Positions 1-12,040 of a stretch of 64,000 nucleotides of DNA are shown here, in pieces. The stretch comes from Camelus ferus (lineage: Eukaryota). Location of the stretch: contig NC_045706.1 of assembly GCF_009834535.1 (NCBI RefSeq), positions 30,692,001-30,756,000 of the forward strand. The letters are read 5' to 3'. The first letter of the stretch is position 1. Each line of letters begins with the position of its first letter. The position numbers and the translations under genes are program-made. The notes beneath the pieces were generated by a model. The model saw only the letters and a program-made list of their open reading frames with translations, did no database searches and was not told where the DNA came from.

Positions 1-139
1 AAACACTTCTTTACTCCTGACCTCACTGACACTTTCCATTACTTTCTTCTCTTAATAGAATCAATAATAAATGAACCTGAAAGCGATCAGTAATTGTTGA
101 TATTATGAGTATTGCAACCTTAGAGTCCTCCTTGCATTA

Positions 140-300
140 ATTGTCTCTTCCAGCTTTGTGTCATCTACTCATTTGTTAGACACGCATTTACCATTTCCAT
201 CCAAGTTATCAATAAAAATACAGAACAAGAGTAGGCAAAAGTGAAGCTGTGTGGAATGCTACTGATGCCCTTCCTCCTGCTTTGGCAGGGATCCATTAAA
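140..300 (-). mobile_element. CR1/L3 fragment
   Basis: 'ccagctttgtgtcatctactcatttg...catccaagttatcaataaaaata' resembles the antisense of the CR1 RT FADD region; highly decayed. Confidence 0.45.
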
Positions 301-364
301 TAGTCCTTGGGCAAAAATTCTAACACAGGTTGAAAAGTTAGCCTATATTGGAGGAAGGAAAAAA

Positions 365-910
365 TGTGTCAGTTGACAAAACTGGAATACGGATGATAGA
401 CTACATAGTATTGTGTCCATTCAATGTCTTGTAATAGCCTATAACAAAAAAGAATATGAAAAGGATATGCCTGTGTGTATATATACATATATATATAAAT
501 ACATATATAGAGAGAACTGAATCACTATGCTGTACACCAGAAAAGAATACAACATTGTAAATCAATTATACTTCAATTAAAAAAAAAAGAAGTATTGTGT
601 CCATGTTAAACTTATTAAAGTTGCCATCTGTACTGTAGTCATGTAAGAGAATATCCTCATTCTTAGGAATACACGTTGAAGTAACTAGGCTTAAAGGGCT
701 GTGGATATACACAACTCATTCTCAAATGGTTCAGAAGAAAATGTGTGTGTGTGTGTGTGTACAGGGGAGGGGACTGAAAGAGAATGAAATGGGGTAAAAT
801 GTTGAAAATGGTTCAGTTTGGTAAAGAATACATGGGCTTCTATGAACCATTTTTCATTCTTACAACTTTTCTGTGAATTTGAATTTTTTTCCCAAATAAA
901 AAGTTAAAAA
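365..910 (+). mobile_element. Old L1M (L1MC-like) 3' end, interrupted by the younger L1
   Basis: 'tgtaagagaatatcctcattcttaggaatacac...ctcaaatggttcaga...tgaatttgaatttttt...aaataaaagttaaaaa' is typical of old L1 3'UTRs. Confidence 0.65.
421..590 (+). mobile_element. Short 5'-truncated L1 3' end with poly(A) and a 14-bp TSD, nested in an older L1
   Basis: L1-type terminus 'tgctgtacaccag...acaacattgtaaatcaattatacttcaatt(A)n'. TSD AGTATTGTGTCCAT at 407-420 and 591-604. Confidence 0.85.
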
Positions 911-2529
911 GTAACTATTAATTTATCTTCCCTAAATTCTGTTGAAAAATCAGATTTTTAAAATTAAGAGCGAGGAATGCCTATAAAACTGCCTTTTAGC
1001 TATTTGGTTTCAAAGTTACTGACACTAGAGAATGTTCACAGCATTAACTCCTTGTAGTTATTTCAAAATATCAACTGACCTAAATGGTAGCTGAGGAATG
1101 ATAATAGCTCGGCCTTAAGAAAGGGAAACATAGGTTTTTAGGGCTTATTTTAGTATAACAAATACTGATTCTTAAAAGAGGTGGGCAAACTTCCACAGGA
1201 AGTTGTGTGGGAGCTTTGCAGAGGGGTGTAGGTCTAGAATTGCTGAGCTCAAGGGCCAAGTAATACGACATTAAGGACTCCGAAGAGTGAGAGTTCTCTT
1301 TCCCTGCTCCTAAATCCTCCAACTACAATTCTGCTGGTCTAAAAGATATGCTGAGATTCCAAAGGGATAACCAGAGCTAAACCACCTCTTGCTCCTCAAA
1401 TGTTAAGTTAATGATTCTTAAAGGGTGGTCCTCAGATCAATGGCAGTAGCAGCCGCATCTGAAGCTTACTGGAAATGGAGAATCTCAGGTTCTATGCCGT
1501 ATTAATCATTTTTACATAAAAATAACACTAGTACAATTCAAGAAACTTTGCAAGATTCCGTTTAGTAAGTCTTTCCAACTTTCTAGATGTTGGGGATAAT
1601 ATATGACCTACAAAAAACTTATTCTGATAGTTCTTTAAGAATTATGTTTCTTCATTATTTTAGTTACCTCTAAATAAATTATTTTGATGAGGGGACTCTG
1701 GTACCCCACTATACAGACACTCAACAGATTTAAATTCTCCTTTCGAAGATCAAATAAACCTCAAGGTATACCTGCTAGATGAGATACAAAACAGGAATCT
1801 TAAGAGCATACTTAGATCAGGGTAGACATGCCAGTAATATTTCTGGAATCACAATATCTACATACTAGCCTAATAATTAAATCAAGAATTTCATACTTTG
1901 CCTACCTAATCTTAAAACTTGAAAAAAATACACTGTAAATAGTAGTCTTGTGTCCTCAATTTATTTAATTTCCAGCGAAACCCATCAATCCATTGAAGAC
2001 ATAAGTCTGAAATAATACAGCTTTAAGACATATCTAAAATAACCTCTTATCAAATTCTAGAGAAGAGAAACGTTGAGTAGACAAAGAATGTGTTTTGTTT
2101 CCAAACTACGAAAGCAAATCGTGGTTCCAAGGGAATAATGTCAAACTAAAGAGTATATCTTGCATGGATAAACAAAAAGAAAAGAAACTACAAATTAAAT
2201 TACATTAAAATAATAAAATAGTTGGGCAAATTAGATTTAGGTGGAGAAGGGATATTATTGAGGTATTTGGTAGAAATGAGTGATTTCTAGGGCTTTCTAG
2301 CCTAAAGAGACCACACGTAGAGGAAGTAAGCTTTCCTGGCCTTCTTGAACTCCTGGAAAGAGACTTACAGGTGGTAATCTAGAGAGATGATATCAAACCA
2401 TTCATTTCTCTGTCTCTTCAAAAGATTTTTTTCAAGTCACAGCATTAATGTTGTCAATTTCCATGAGATTTTAAAATAAATGAATTAGTCCTCTTTAGCT
2501 ACAACTTAATAAAAGAAAAGTGAACTTAC

Positions 2530-2598
2530 GTCTTTCAGCTGTGTTTCCATTTCATGAATACTACTCACTGACGCATTGAAGCAACTTGCAGCCACAGT
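2530..2598 (-). CDS. CEP55: CEP55 coding exon 4
   Basis: ttacag|ACTGTG... GAC|gtaagt; 69 nt; TVAASCFNASVSSIHEMETQLKD, matching the CEP55 segment just before the EABR region. The gene continues beyond the left edge. Confidence 0.93.
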
Positions 2599-3309
2599 CT
2601 GTAAGTAAATCAATGTTAGTTAACATTGTAAATTTAACAACAGAAGTTTCCTAGTTTATTCAGTTCCATAATAATACAGTATATTCACAGGGGCACCCCC
2701 AAATCAGATCTAGTTCATGCTGGTGAACTATCACGATAGGTAGCAGAGAAGAATGAAGACATCCTGGAAGCTTCCTAAGCAGACTGGAAACCCTGAGATT
2801 TCATATCTAATCTGACTTGTAAGGTTCCTCTGGACCCCCGATCACCAGAATAGTCCTCAATGCATATGAATAGTCCAGTGGTTTTCATCAGAAGGAGACA
2901 AAACAAAAAACTGGGCTACTAAAATGAAATTTGGAAAACATTAAATTGTCAGATGAAAGGTAAAAGTTGTTTTCTAGAATTACACTTGTATTACCAATAG
3001 TATTAATTAGTATTCGTTCGTATAGATCTCAAAACATAATTTGTCTCCTCTTTTTTCCTTCTTTTTCTCATAGAGGAAAAAGAGGGGAAGTAGGGGGTTA
3101 GGTACCCAGGCTAGCCAACAAAATTCATTAAAAGCTCTATCTCTGGCTTTTAATAGCTGTAAGGCAAGAGACTTGTGTGAAGCCTGGCAAGGAAGCTCAA
3201 AATATATTTTCTTTTCTCCAAAGGGGCTCTAGACACTCACTCTAAGTATGTATCCCTTTCTCCCTTTCAATTTAGTCTCTTAGGTGGAAACTATGACAGA
3301 GATAGTTCA

Positions 3310-3690
3310 CGAAACCCCTTTCCTTTTATCCCTGGGTGCACCGTGGACTACATTTCCCAGCATTCCCTGTGGTTAGTGAAGTCATGACACTGAATTCTGA
3401 CCAACGGAATGTGAGCAGAAGTGAGATATGCTAATCCCAGGCCTAGCCCCCACGCTCCCCCAATTCTCCACATGCTCTCTAGCCCACAGCTGTGTATAGA
3501 GGACCTGCACCTTGAGGGACAGGGGTATAGTCCTTCCTCCACTAAAAGGAACGAACCTGGATCTCTGAATGACTCTGTGGAGCAAAGCTTTCTCCACTCC
3601 AACCTGCACTAGATTGTGACATGAAAGAAAAATCATCATTTGTCATATGAAAAATAATCATTTGGAGGTTGGTTGTTATAGCAATTAGAC
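3310..3690. mobile_element. Old MaLR LTR (MLT1 family)
   Basis: 'actacatttcccagcattccctgtggttag...tgaattctgaccaacggaatgtgagcagaagtga...tttggaggttggttgttatagca' are MLT1-type motifs. Confidence 0.65.
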
Positions 3691-4799
3691 ATGCTGATCA
3701 TACAGAAATTAATAGTGGGCCTCCCACACAATTACTATAAGAATGCATTTTTAAAAATTATTCATTTCTACCAAGATTTACATTTCTATCTTTAAAAGGG
3801 GAGAAACTAATCCTTGAGTTTTAAGGAAACATTTAGTCAACCACTTTGGATTTGACTGTAATGTTTCATGAGTTTCAGCTCTATGGAAATTCTGTAGAAA
3901 AACTTAACCTCTTTGAACTTATCTGTAGAAAAACTCAATCGTTCATCTATGAGAATGCACATAAATTATAGGTCTAATCAATCTGACTACCCTAAAGGGG
4001 AGATAACGTACAGAGACGTCTAACAATATAGAGATATTATACCTGAAAGCTACATATTTTCTTCTATAGGTGGTATTAATAATTGTAGTGTTAGTGTTAT
4101 TCAAACTTCCAAAAGAATCAAAGGTATGATCAATGAGAAATCATGTATTTAGCACTTACTATATGTCAGGCACTATCCTAGGTAATGTATATACATTGTA
4201 GCATTTAATCTCCAAAATTCTTATTCAGATTTTACCCATGTGAAAATTAAGGTTTAGGAGAGGAGTCTGGTGAATTCTAGTGTCGTCTCTAAGGCTAGAG
4301 AGGTTAAGGAATTTGTTCAGTTACACAGCTAGCAAGTGGAAGAACCAAGATTTAAACTCATATCTGCCTACCCACAAATCCTTGCTCTTTCTGCTACACT
4401 AGTGACTCTAAAACAAAAAAGGAGGAGAAAAAGCCACATGTAGTTAGGAAAAGCATATTTGAATAATATAATTGGGTGTCACAACTATGAAAAATAATCA
4501 AAAATTGAAGCCTACTGTGTTCATGAATAAAGAATTAAACAAAATCTTCCTGACAGTTGTGGATACACAGTGGATTCTGCATACCTGGGCAAAACAATGG
4601 TGTGGGGAGTGGAGGGAGCCATATTACCTATTTTTATTTATGGAGAAGTACCAGGCTATTAAAAAAAACAAAGTAACCTGTTAGTATACTACCTGTTTCA
4701 CCACCTGACAAAGCATACTTCAATAGACTCATTCTTCATAAGAATTACAAACTATAACAGAAAGGTTAAAAAAAAATCTATGTTTAAAGAAATTAGTAC

Positions 4800-5075
4800 C
4801 TGTGATAAATGAAGTGTATTGGCTTTGCCTTCAAGTTCAGCAAGCCGAGCGGTTGTAGCAGACAACTGTTTTTTCAATACATCTGTCTCTTCAGACAGGG
4901 ATTTTAACAGCTGTTCCCTCCTTTCCCCTTCCTTTGTTTTCTCTTCCAGCTGTTCAAGCAATGTAGTAGTACTGTATTTAGCTTTCAGCTGGTCTCTGAG
5001 TCGCTGTATTTCTTTGTCCTTCTCTGTGAGGCAATAAGCATTCTTTTCCCTCTCAGCTTCAAGGACTCGAATTTT
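4800..5075 (-). CDS. CEP55: CEP55 coding exon 3 (coiled coil)
   Basis: tctag|AAAATTCGA... CAG|gtacta; 276 nt; KIRVLEAEREKNAYCLTEKDKEIQRLRDQLKAKYSTTTLLEQLEEKTKEGERREQLLKSLSEETDVLKKQLSATTARLAELEGKANTLHLSQ, in frame with the previous exon. Confidence 0.96.
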
Positions 5076-5719
5076 CTAGATATAAACTAACAAGAATCTT
5101 AGAACAAAGCCAGGTCAAATGTGAAAGTAAACAGTATACTACACTAAGCATTTATAAAGTGTTGATTACATATTGAGTCAGCATTATACCAGACACTAGG
5201 GCCAAAAAAAGAAGAAACCAAGGTCTTATGCGGAGAGCTCATAGACAGGTAAACTAACACATTAATGCAATATGGTTAGTCCTGTAGTTAAGACATATAT
5301 AAAATGAATGGGACATGGACACAGAAAGGAGAAACCAACTCTGTCAACAGTGGTGACAGAAAGCTAAGGAAAAGCTGGTTCTTACCTGAGTATCCACTAA
5401 TCATTCCTCCATCATACCAGTTCTAATAATCTTACAGGCTAAAAGTGAGTCATACAAGAGATACATGCTCACTGATGAACTTGAAGCGACAGAAGTTTAA
5501 AATTACAGAATGTTACAGCTGGGTAAAAGTGCATTTATAAACTTGCTTCTTATTATTAAATGATTTAGTATCAAATCTAGAAGGTGATCTTCAAAGAAGT
5601 GTTCAACATTTTCAAGGATTTGAAGGCATGCTTGCTAAACTGCTGGCATAAGGGAGAAAGCACCAAAAGAAACGGTAGGAAAAGTTAACAGAATGGCTTT
5701 ACATGCTAACAAAGGGAAA

Positions 5720-6250
5720 AAAAAAACAACTAAAAAGTTGCATTTGGGGGTTGAGGGGAGAAGCAGTTGTTCAAATAGAGATAGGGAAACTGAGTTGGAT
5801 GGTCCTGTGAAAATGATGAGATTTTAGTTGGCTGTAAGCTTAAGATAAGACAGTAGTATGATAGTTACAAAAAAAGCCACTATAATTTTAAGCTTTCACT
5901 GAGTACAGCATCCAGGTTAGGGGAAATAATAGTACTGTTTCAACCTGTGTTTGCCACTGTATACAATATTGGATGAATAATTCAAGAGGGATCTGACCAC
6001 ACCACAAAGTGTTCAGGAAAGTGACCAGGATGAGAAAAAGCCAGTAAAGCTGAAGAATGTGGGGTTGGTCTACAGAAAAGTAGGAGGAAGTGAGATTTCC
6101 TCAGATAACTTAAAAGTTGTCAGTTGGATAAAAAATAGACTTGTTCTGCTTTAATGGACACAATTAGAACAAATGGGTAGAAGTTACAGGAGGTTTATTT
6201 TCAACTGATTATAAATGGGTTTTGACAGCCAATGTTCCTGAGAAATGGAA
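5720..6250 (+). mobile_element. CR1/L3 fragment
   Basis: Decayed CR1 3' region: 'gtgttcaggaaagtgaccaggatg...gacttgttctg...agaacaaatgggtagaagttacaggagg'. Confidence 0.55.
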
Positions 6251-6859
6251 AGAATTTGAAAGAGATCTTTCAGGGAAGCTATTAGATTCCTTCACCAGAT
6301 TACAAAACAATCTTTGTGTCTAAGAATTGGTGATAGCCCATTTCTCAATGCTTGAACAAGCATTCACCTCAATATATGTTAAAAAACAGTAAGTAACTCG
6401 GTTTTATGATATGCCTATAAAATAAAATTTAAAGAAATTCAACAAATTAGTATTTAATACAGGTCATTTATTTTCTAACTATGAATAATAAAAGTACTTT
6501 TGCAAAATAAATTAAAATCTAATGATTAAAATTTTAAATCCTTCCAGTTCTAATAAATTCCTAACTGCCTTACAGACTATATCATAACAAATTGTAAATT
6601 AGGAAATACAGTTTAACAGAATGCAAAATGCCAATATATGTAATGAAAAAAACCTGAAAACAAAGAATACTTGGAAAGCAGTCAACATATATGATAAAAT
6701 AAGTTTTTAAACATTCACATTAAAATCTAAATCCCAAAGTTGAAACGATTCAATTTGATTTTTTACGTTTAGTGAACCAAAAAACTAGATTGTATCATCA
6801 TTAGGTGAATACGCTCTCATCTCCTGCGGTAAAGCTTACTACAGTTTGAAGGGTTTTAC

Positions 6860-7042
6860 CTCCAAAAGTCTGTGTCTTTCTTGATCAGTCAGCTTTCCTT
6901 TTCCACTTGCGATTTCATCCACTGTTGTTTTTAAGGCTGCAATTTCTCCCCTAAATTTCTGTAATGCAGTTTCTGATTTGGAGTTACTAGGCTTTGGTCC
7001 CCATTTACTTTTAATTAAATCTTTAGGACTTCTGGAAGACAT
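6860..7042 (-). CDS. CEP55: CEP55 (centrosomal protein 55) first coding exon (exon 2); the exon also has 12 nt of 5'UTR at 7043-7054
   Basis: Translates MSSRSPKDLIKSKWGPKPSNSKSETALQKFRGEIAALKTTVDEIASGKGKLTDQERHRLLE (61 aa), which I recognise as the CEP55 N-terminus. Acceptor ttacag|ACAC at 7055/7054, donor GAG|gtaaaa at 6860/6859, 183 nt, phase 0. Confidence 0.96.
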
Positions 7043-7174
7043 CTTTGCAAGTGTCTGTAAAAAGAAAAATACAATTGTATTTTATAAGTTTACAAGGTCA
7101 CATCTCAAGTTTGAAAAGGTCTAATAACCTATTTGCTAAGTAGAATAACCTTTCTATCTAAATAGAAGTGATAC

Positions 7175-7364
7175 AGCCAGACCAGTGGGTTATGGGAGAT
7201 GGACTGGGTAAGGCTTCTAGCTTGCTGGTTTAACAATATATATTTTTTAATTTGGGTGGTAGATACATAAGGAGTATTCAATATGTCAATCTGTACACTT
7301 AATGTTTGTGTAGGATTCTGTTCCTGTGTCCCACTTCAATAGAAAAGTTTCGTTTAAAAAAAAA
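7175..7364 (+). mobile_element. Old L1 3' end
   Basis: 'tttgggtggtagatacat...ctgtacacttaa...cacttcaatagaaaag...(A)n'. Confidence 0.5.
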
Positions 7365-8529
7365 TGGAGGCATAATCAATGATTAAACCATTAAATGAAG
7401 CCTAAAAGAAGTAGTTCACAAAGACATATTTTACCCAGGAATAAAAAGCTAGTAGTAGATAATATAATTCTGAGTATATGGCCATTGAAATATGGTCATT
7501 ACCTGGCATAATGGTGGGTCCTCTACTTTAGAAGACAAGCCTAGTTCTATCTTAATAGTTGAGGGAGCGCAGTGGTCAGAACTGAGAAGAATCCAATGAA
7601 GCATTTATAGGAAAAAAAGACACAGTATTCATGGAGTTCAGGAATGACAGGAATTAAGAATAAGAAGTAAGAAGAAAACTAGCCGATTTGCTAACAGTAT
7701 TAGATGACATTTTAGAAGCAAAGGTATAATAATATAAAATCTAGGAGTAAAATATATAGCAAAACGTACTATGCATATAATAAAAGTAGCTTTAATTAGG
7801 GAGGTTAGAAAGCATTCTTCCACCTATGGACCCGAAGATAACATAATGGTGATGTGACAAAGGAATCCAGAGGAATATGAGACTACTCATGCATTCAAAA
7901 AATATTGGCGAGCTTAGTTTACCAGGCAGCTTAATAGGTGCTGAGCACAAACAGGCAAAAAAAAAAAAAAAAAAAAGGAAAAAGAGAAAAAGAGCCCTGT
8001 CCCTTACACAACGGAATCTTTAACCTAGCAAAGGAGGCAGGCAATAACAAGGAAACAAATACAGATTCTCAAGTTGTAAAATAAACGCTATCCAGGAAAT
8101 GAAGAACACGATAAAGGGTACCAACAGAAACAGGGGAGACCTCTCAGACACAGTTGGGGGGAAGGCTTCTCTATGGAAGTGACTCTCTATGGAAGGTCAT
8201 CCTGCATGAACTCAGAGAGCCTGAAAATACCAGAACTGCGTACACTGAGCTGATACTGAATAGGCCATCTAACAAAAGGTTAGTGCTAGATTTTCGCTCA
8301 TTCTAAGATAAAAGCCTAAGATAACTAGCAAAGGACACAAGGCATCTATCACAGGCCACGTCGTCTGCAAGTGGACGCCAATCTTCCGGAAACCGGCACA
8401 TGAAATCTCACATGGGAAGAGAGACAAGCAAAAAAAGACTGCAACCAGGGGCACTTTTTAAAATGAAGACGTTTGAAGCCCAGACATGAAAGCGCTTGCT
8501 AACCGGCAATATGCTGTACTAACGAAAGA

Positions 8530-9150
8530 CCTCGGCCAGGTCACTCGGCCTCTCGGCGCCCGCCTGGAAGAGGACGATAATACCCACCGCAAAGCTGAAG
8601 GGAGGGATCGAACCGGCGACGGTCGTGGAGCGCCCAGCCAGGTGTCGGGCACGGAGCGAGCACCAGGGAAGCGGGCCAGACACGGCGGGCAGAGATTGAG
8701 TCCCAACCGGCGTGGTCTCCCGCCGACCCCACCTCCCTCGCGGTGCCCCGCGGGCCCTGGGGCTGCGGCCGCCGCCCCGCAGCCAGCCAGCACCTGAGGA
8801 GAGGCGCGGCGCTCGCGTCCGCCCAGCCACACCCTCTGGCGCGGGAGCCGCTTCCGGGAGTTTGAATCCCGCGGCTGCGGGGCGGGGCACGTCACTGCCG
8901 GCGGGGCGCAGCCGGCGCGAAGGAGGGGCGACACGCGCGGCGGGGTCGCGGCTCTGCGATTGGCTGCGGCTCCCGAGGGACGGGGCCTGGAACCTGAGCG
9001 CGGACGGAGGACTAGACCCAAGCAGGGAGGGGGATGAGGGGCGGGGTCGAGCCGCCGAGAGGTGGGGCGGAGGACGGGAAGGCTTCCCCCAGGTCCCCCA
9101 CCGTTTTCTGGGGGTTTTCTGCATTCTTCCGAGGGCGCAGGCCCCAAGCT
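8530..9150 (-). promoter_or_regulatory. CEP55 CpG-island promoter with cell-cycle (G2/M-type) motifs
   Basis: Very GC/CpG-rich. CHR TTTGAA at 8861-8866, ETS CTTCCGG at 8851-8857, GC box GGGGCGGGGC at 8879-8888, CACGTCAC at 8888-8895, CCAAT (ATTGG on +) at 8959-8963, and more GC boxes near 9038-9046 and 9064-9070. Confidence 0.85.
8733..8870 (-). other. CEP55: Probable non-coding exon 1 of CEP55 (boundaries approximate)
   Basis: Lies in the CpG island upstream of the first coding exon, which has its own acceptor and so needs an upstream exon. Candidate donor GGGAG|gtgggg at 8733/8732; a weaker alternative CAG|gtgctg at 8794/8793. TSS inferred near the CHR/ETS motifs. Confidence 0.5.
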
Positions 9151-9679
9151 CGGTGTTTAAGGAGCAGGTTTGTGTTTATCTGCTTTGCGGCTGAAGCAAA
9201 TTACTATGCTGAGTGAAATAAACCCAATGACTGTGAGCTGGGATTAACTCCTTCTGTGTCCCTGAGCATGATTCTCCCGTCTGAGTACCAGTTTCGCCCT
9301 GTTAGAAATGGGAGAACTAGGTTCCACAAGGGGGCACAGCCTCCCTATCTTCCCCTTGGGTTGAGCCTTTATGCTGCCAAAATCAGGGTGGAGCAATGGG
9401 GAGGGCAGCAGGTGGAAGACCTGATAGGCACGCCCACGTTGAACGCTGAGATTATAAACCTCAGAGGAAGTACGGCAGGCGTTTGCTCCAGATTGCAGCC
9501 CTCTGGCTTGGCATCTATTGGTCAAATCCGGGTCATGATTAGCAGCCTCGAGGACTTTCTAAAACGAAGAGGCACCGAAAGTGTTTGGCAGGCCCTGACT
9601 TTCTCAGACCAAGCATGAACTCACCAGACTTAACACAATAGATAAAAGGATACAGTAGCAAAATATCCTAGGACAGCAG

Positions 9680-9905
9680 TATCACACACAGGTTAAGCTT
9701 TCAACAGGTTTAGCTCCTGATTACCTCTTACTAGCTGTGTGATTTTGAAACAGCTATTTAACCTCTCTGAGCCTCAGTTTCCTGATCTGTAAAATGATAC
9801 AAGTGATAATATCTATCTCATAGGGCGTTTATGAGAATTAAATGAGAGAATCCATGGAAAGTGCTTGGTGCTTTGTAAATGCTCAATTGATGTTAGCCAT
9901 TATTA
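9680..9905 (+). mobile_element. MIR SINE
   Basis: MIR core 'ttactagctgtgtga...taacctctctgagcctcagtttcctgatctgtaaaatg...gaattaaatgag...tgctcaattgatgttagccattatt'. Confidence 0.85.
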
Positions 9906-10887
9906 CATAAAAAGCAACAAATTCTTATGTCACTAAATGGAATGGATGAGAAATCATGAAGAGAATTTTAAAGAATAAAAGAAACGGCAAGAAGATAATG
10001 TTTGGTCCCTGCTTCCACGGAGCTCACATTTCTGATGGAAAAGTGAAGAGAATTGGGCTCTTTCATATCTGTTAAATTATCAGGTAGGATTAGGGTGGGA
10101 GGAAGTTGGGGCAAAAGATAAGGTGTGCATGCCCAGAGTCGAAAGCAAAGGCAAAATTAGTTTCCATAGAAATTTACAAAGATTCTTAGGGACAAGAGAG
10201 AGAGAGATCTCCCTGCACATCTTTGAGCCAAATGGGGAGTAGAAAAGAAAGGAAGTGGGAAGAATTGTGTGAAGAGGGGTGGTACCTGATAGACAGGGGC
10301 CTGGTGCCTGGGCCTGCTGGGCCAGACACCCCAGTTACACATCTGTTCCCCTCCTCCCTCTCTTTTGGCAGGAGCTCCCCCTGTGCCTGGGGACCCCTGA
10401 GGAAGAGGAGTAAACAGTATGCTGTTTGGCTTTTAATTTTGTCATTGGTCGTTATTAGACCTGAAAATCAACCTTTGCTCTTTACAGATAGGTGGGGCCA
10501 GTCGTGAAGTGTGAGGAGTTGGTAGTTTGCACAAGGCCCCACAAGGTAATAGTAGCTTGATGTTGACAGTTCACTGGGAGAACTCCTAGGACAAGGATCC
10601 AAAATTCATCTTTATTCATTAACAGAGAAAAATGTAACAGCCAAGCAGATTGGATCTTTTTCTCAACAGGTCAGCTTATTTTCTTCCCCATAGGAAAATC
10701 TCCTTGGGAAACCAAAACAGTACCAAAAGCCCACTGAATGGGTTTAGGCTTAGTAAAAAGAAATGGTGAGGCTGTTGCAGATGAATGTACCCATCACCTT
10801 TGAAAGGTTATGTCTCCCAAAGGGAAGCTAATGATTGCCCACGGCCTTACCAGAGATACAGCCATGCTTTCTAATACAGCTTTCTCC

Positions 10888-11366
10888 TTCTGCTCTATCC
10901 AATATGGTAGCACTGGCCACATATGGCTGTTGAGTGCTTGAAATATGGCTACTGTAATTGAGGAACTGAATTTTTAATTTTACGTAATTTAAATTTATAA
11001 ACTGATAGTTGATTCAGTTATCAAAAACTTTTATATTTGGGACAACTTGGGTATGTAAAACTATTTTCTCAACTGTAAATTTTATGAAATCTAAATACAG
11101 ATGAAGTATTTCTGATGAACATTTTGTGTACAAATTGAGATGTGTGAAATACACAACAGATTTTAAAGACTAAGTATGAAAAAAGAATATATCTCAACAG
11201 TGCTTTTTAATATTATTACATATTGAGATGATAATATTTTAGATATATTGGGTAAAACAAATATGTAAAATCAGTCTTACTATTGTTTTTTACTTCCTTT
11301 ACTGTGACTGTTAGAAAATTCAAAATATAAATGTGGCTTAAGGCACGTTTCTATTGGACAGTGCTG
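10888..11366. mobile_element. hAT-Charlie non-autonomous DNA transposon (Charlie1/MER33-like)
   Basis: Terminal inverted repeats 'ctgctctatccaata' ... 'tattggacagtgctg'; internal 'ggccacatatggctgttgagtgcttgaaat'. Confidence 0.75.
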
Positions 11367-11479
11367 ATATGCACACAATAAATGATCTTTAAATGCAGGA
11401 AGAAAAGAACCAAGTAAACTCTTGCCTTCTTCCAATCCAGTTTCCCCTCAGCAGAAATTTTTTCTTTGAAATAATGCAG

Positions 11480-12040
11480 ATCTAATTGTGTCCCATATTC
11501 CCCTACACAAACATTTCAAACATTTTATTGACTTGCCTTTGTTTTCAGCATAAGGCACCAAATTCCCAATTTGTCCTCCCTCTCAAGCCTAGCAGGCCTA
11601 GACTGACTTCCCCAACCTGCTCTCACACCCCCCACAGTAGACACCTTTTATTCCTTAACCAGGCCGATTCCTTCCTGCCTCAGGGCCTTTGCACAGGAGG
11701 TTCCCCCTGTCTACAATGCTGTTACCTCACTGTTACCTCCTTGCCTACCTCCCAGATCTCAGCTCATTCCTTACTGCCTAAGGGAAGGCTTTCCTGCCCC
11801 CCAGAGAAAGGGATTTGCTCTCTTTACCATGCATTTCTTCAAAGCCTTCACTGCAGTTATAATTGCACATTGATTTGCGAGTGATTCTTTAATTGGTGTC
11901 CCTTTCCCTTAAACCACTGTAAACTCCTTAAGGAGTCTGTCTGATTTTGCTCACCATACAACCTCAGCACCTACCTTCACAGTGCTGGAACAAATTAGGT
12001 GGTCAATAAATATTTGCTCAATGATTGAATGAATGAATTG
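11480..12040 (+). mobile_element. L2 3' end
   Basis: 'cctgcctcagggcctttgcac' and terminal 'aataaatatttgctcaatgattgaatgaatgaat'. Confidence 0.75.

Noticed and set aside
3890..3940. Short direct repeats (tctgtagaaaaact twice; similar pairs near 3627, 8168 and 53609)
   Set aside because: Isolated two-copy micro-duplications that are common in mammalian DNA, with no spacer-repeat array or other CRISPR-like organisation.
8458..9216. Long overlapping ORFs (229, 201, 160 and 103 aa) on both strands
   Set aside because: They are Pro/Arg/Gly/Ala-rich frames that arise from stop-codon scarcity in the CEP55 CpG island, with no recognisable domain.
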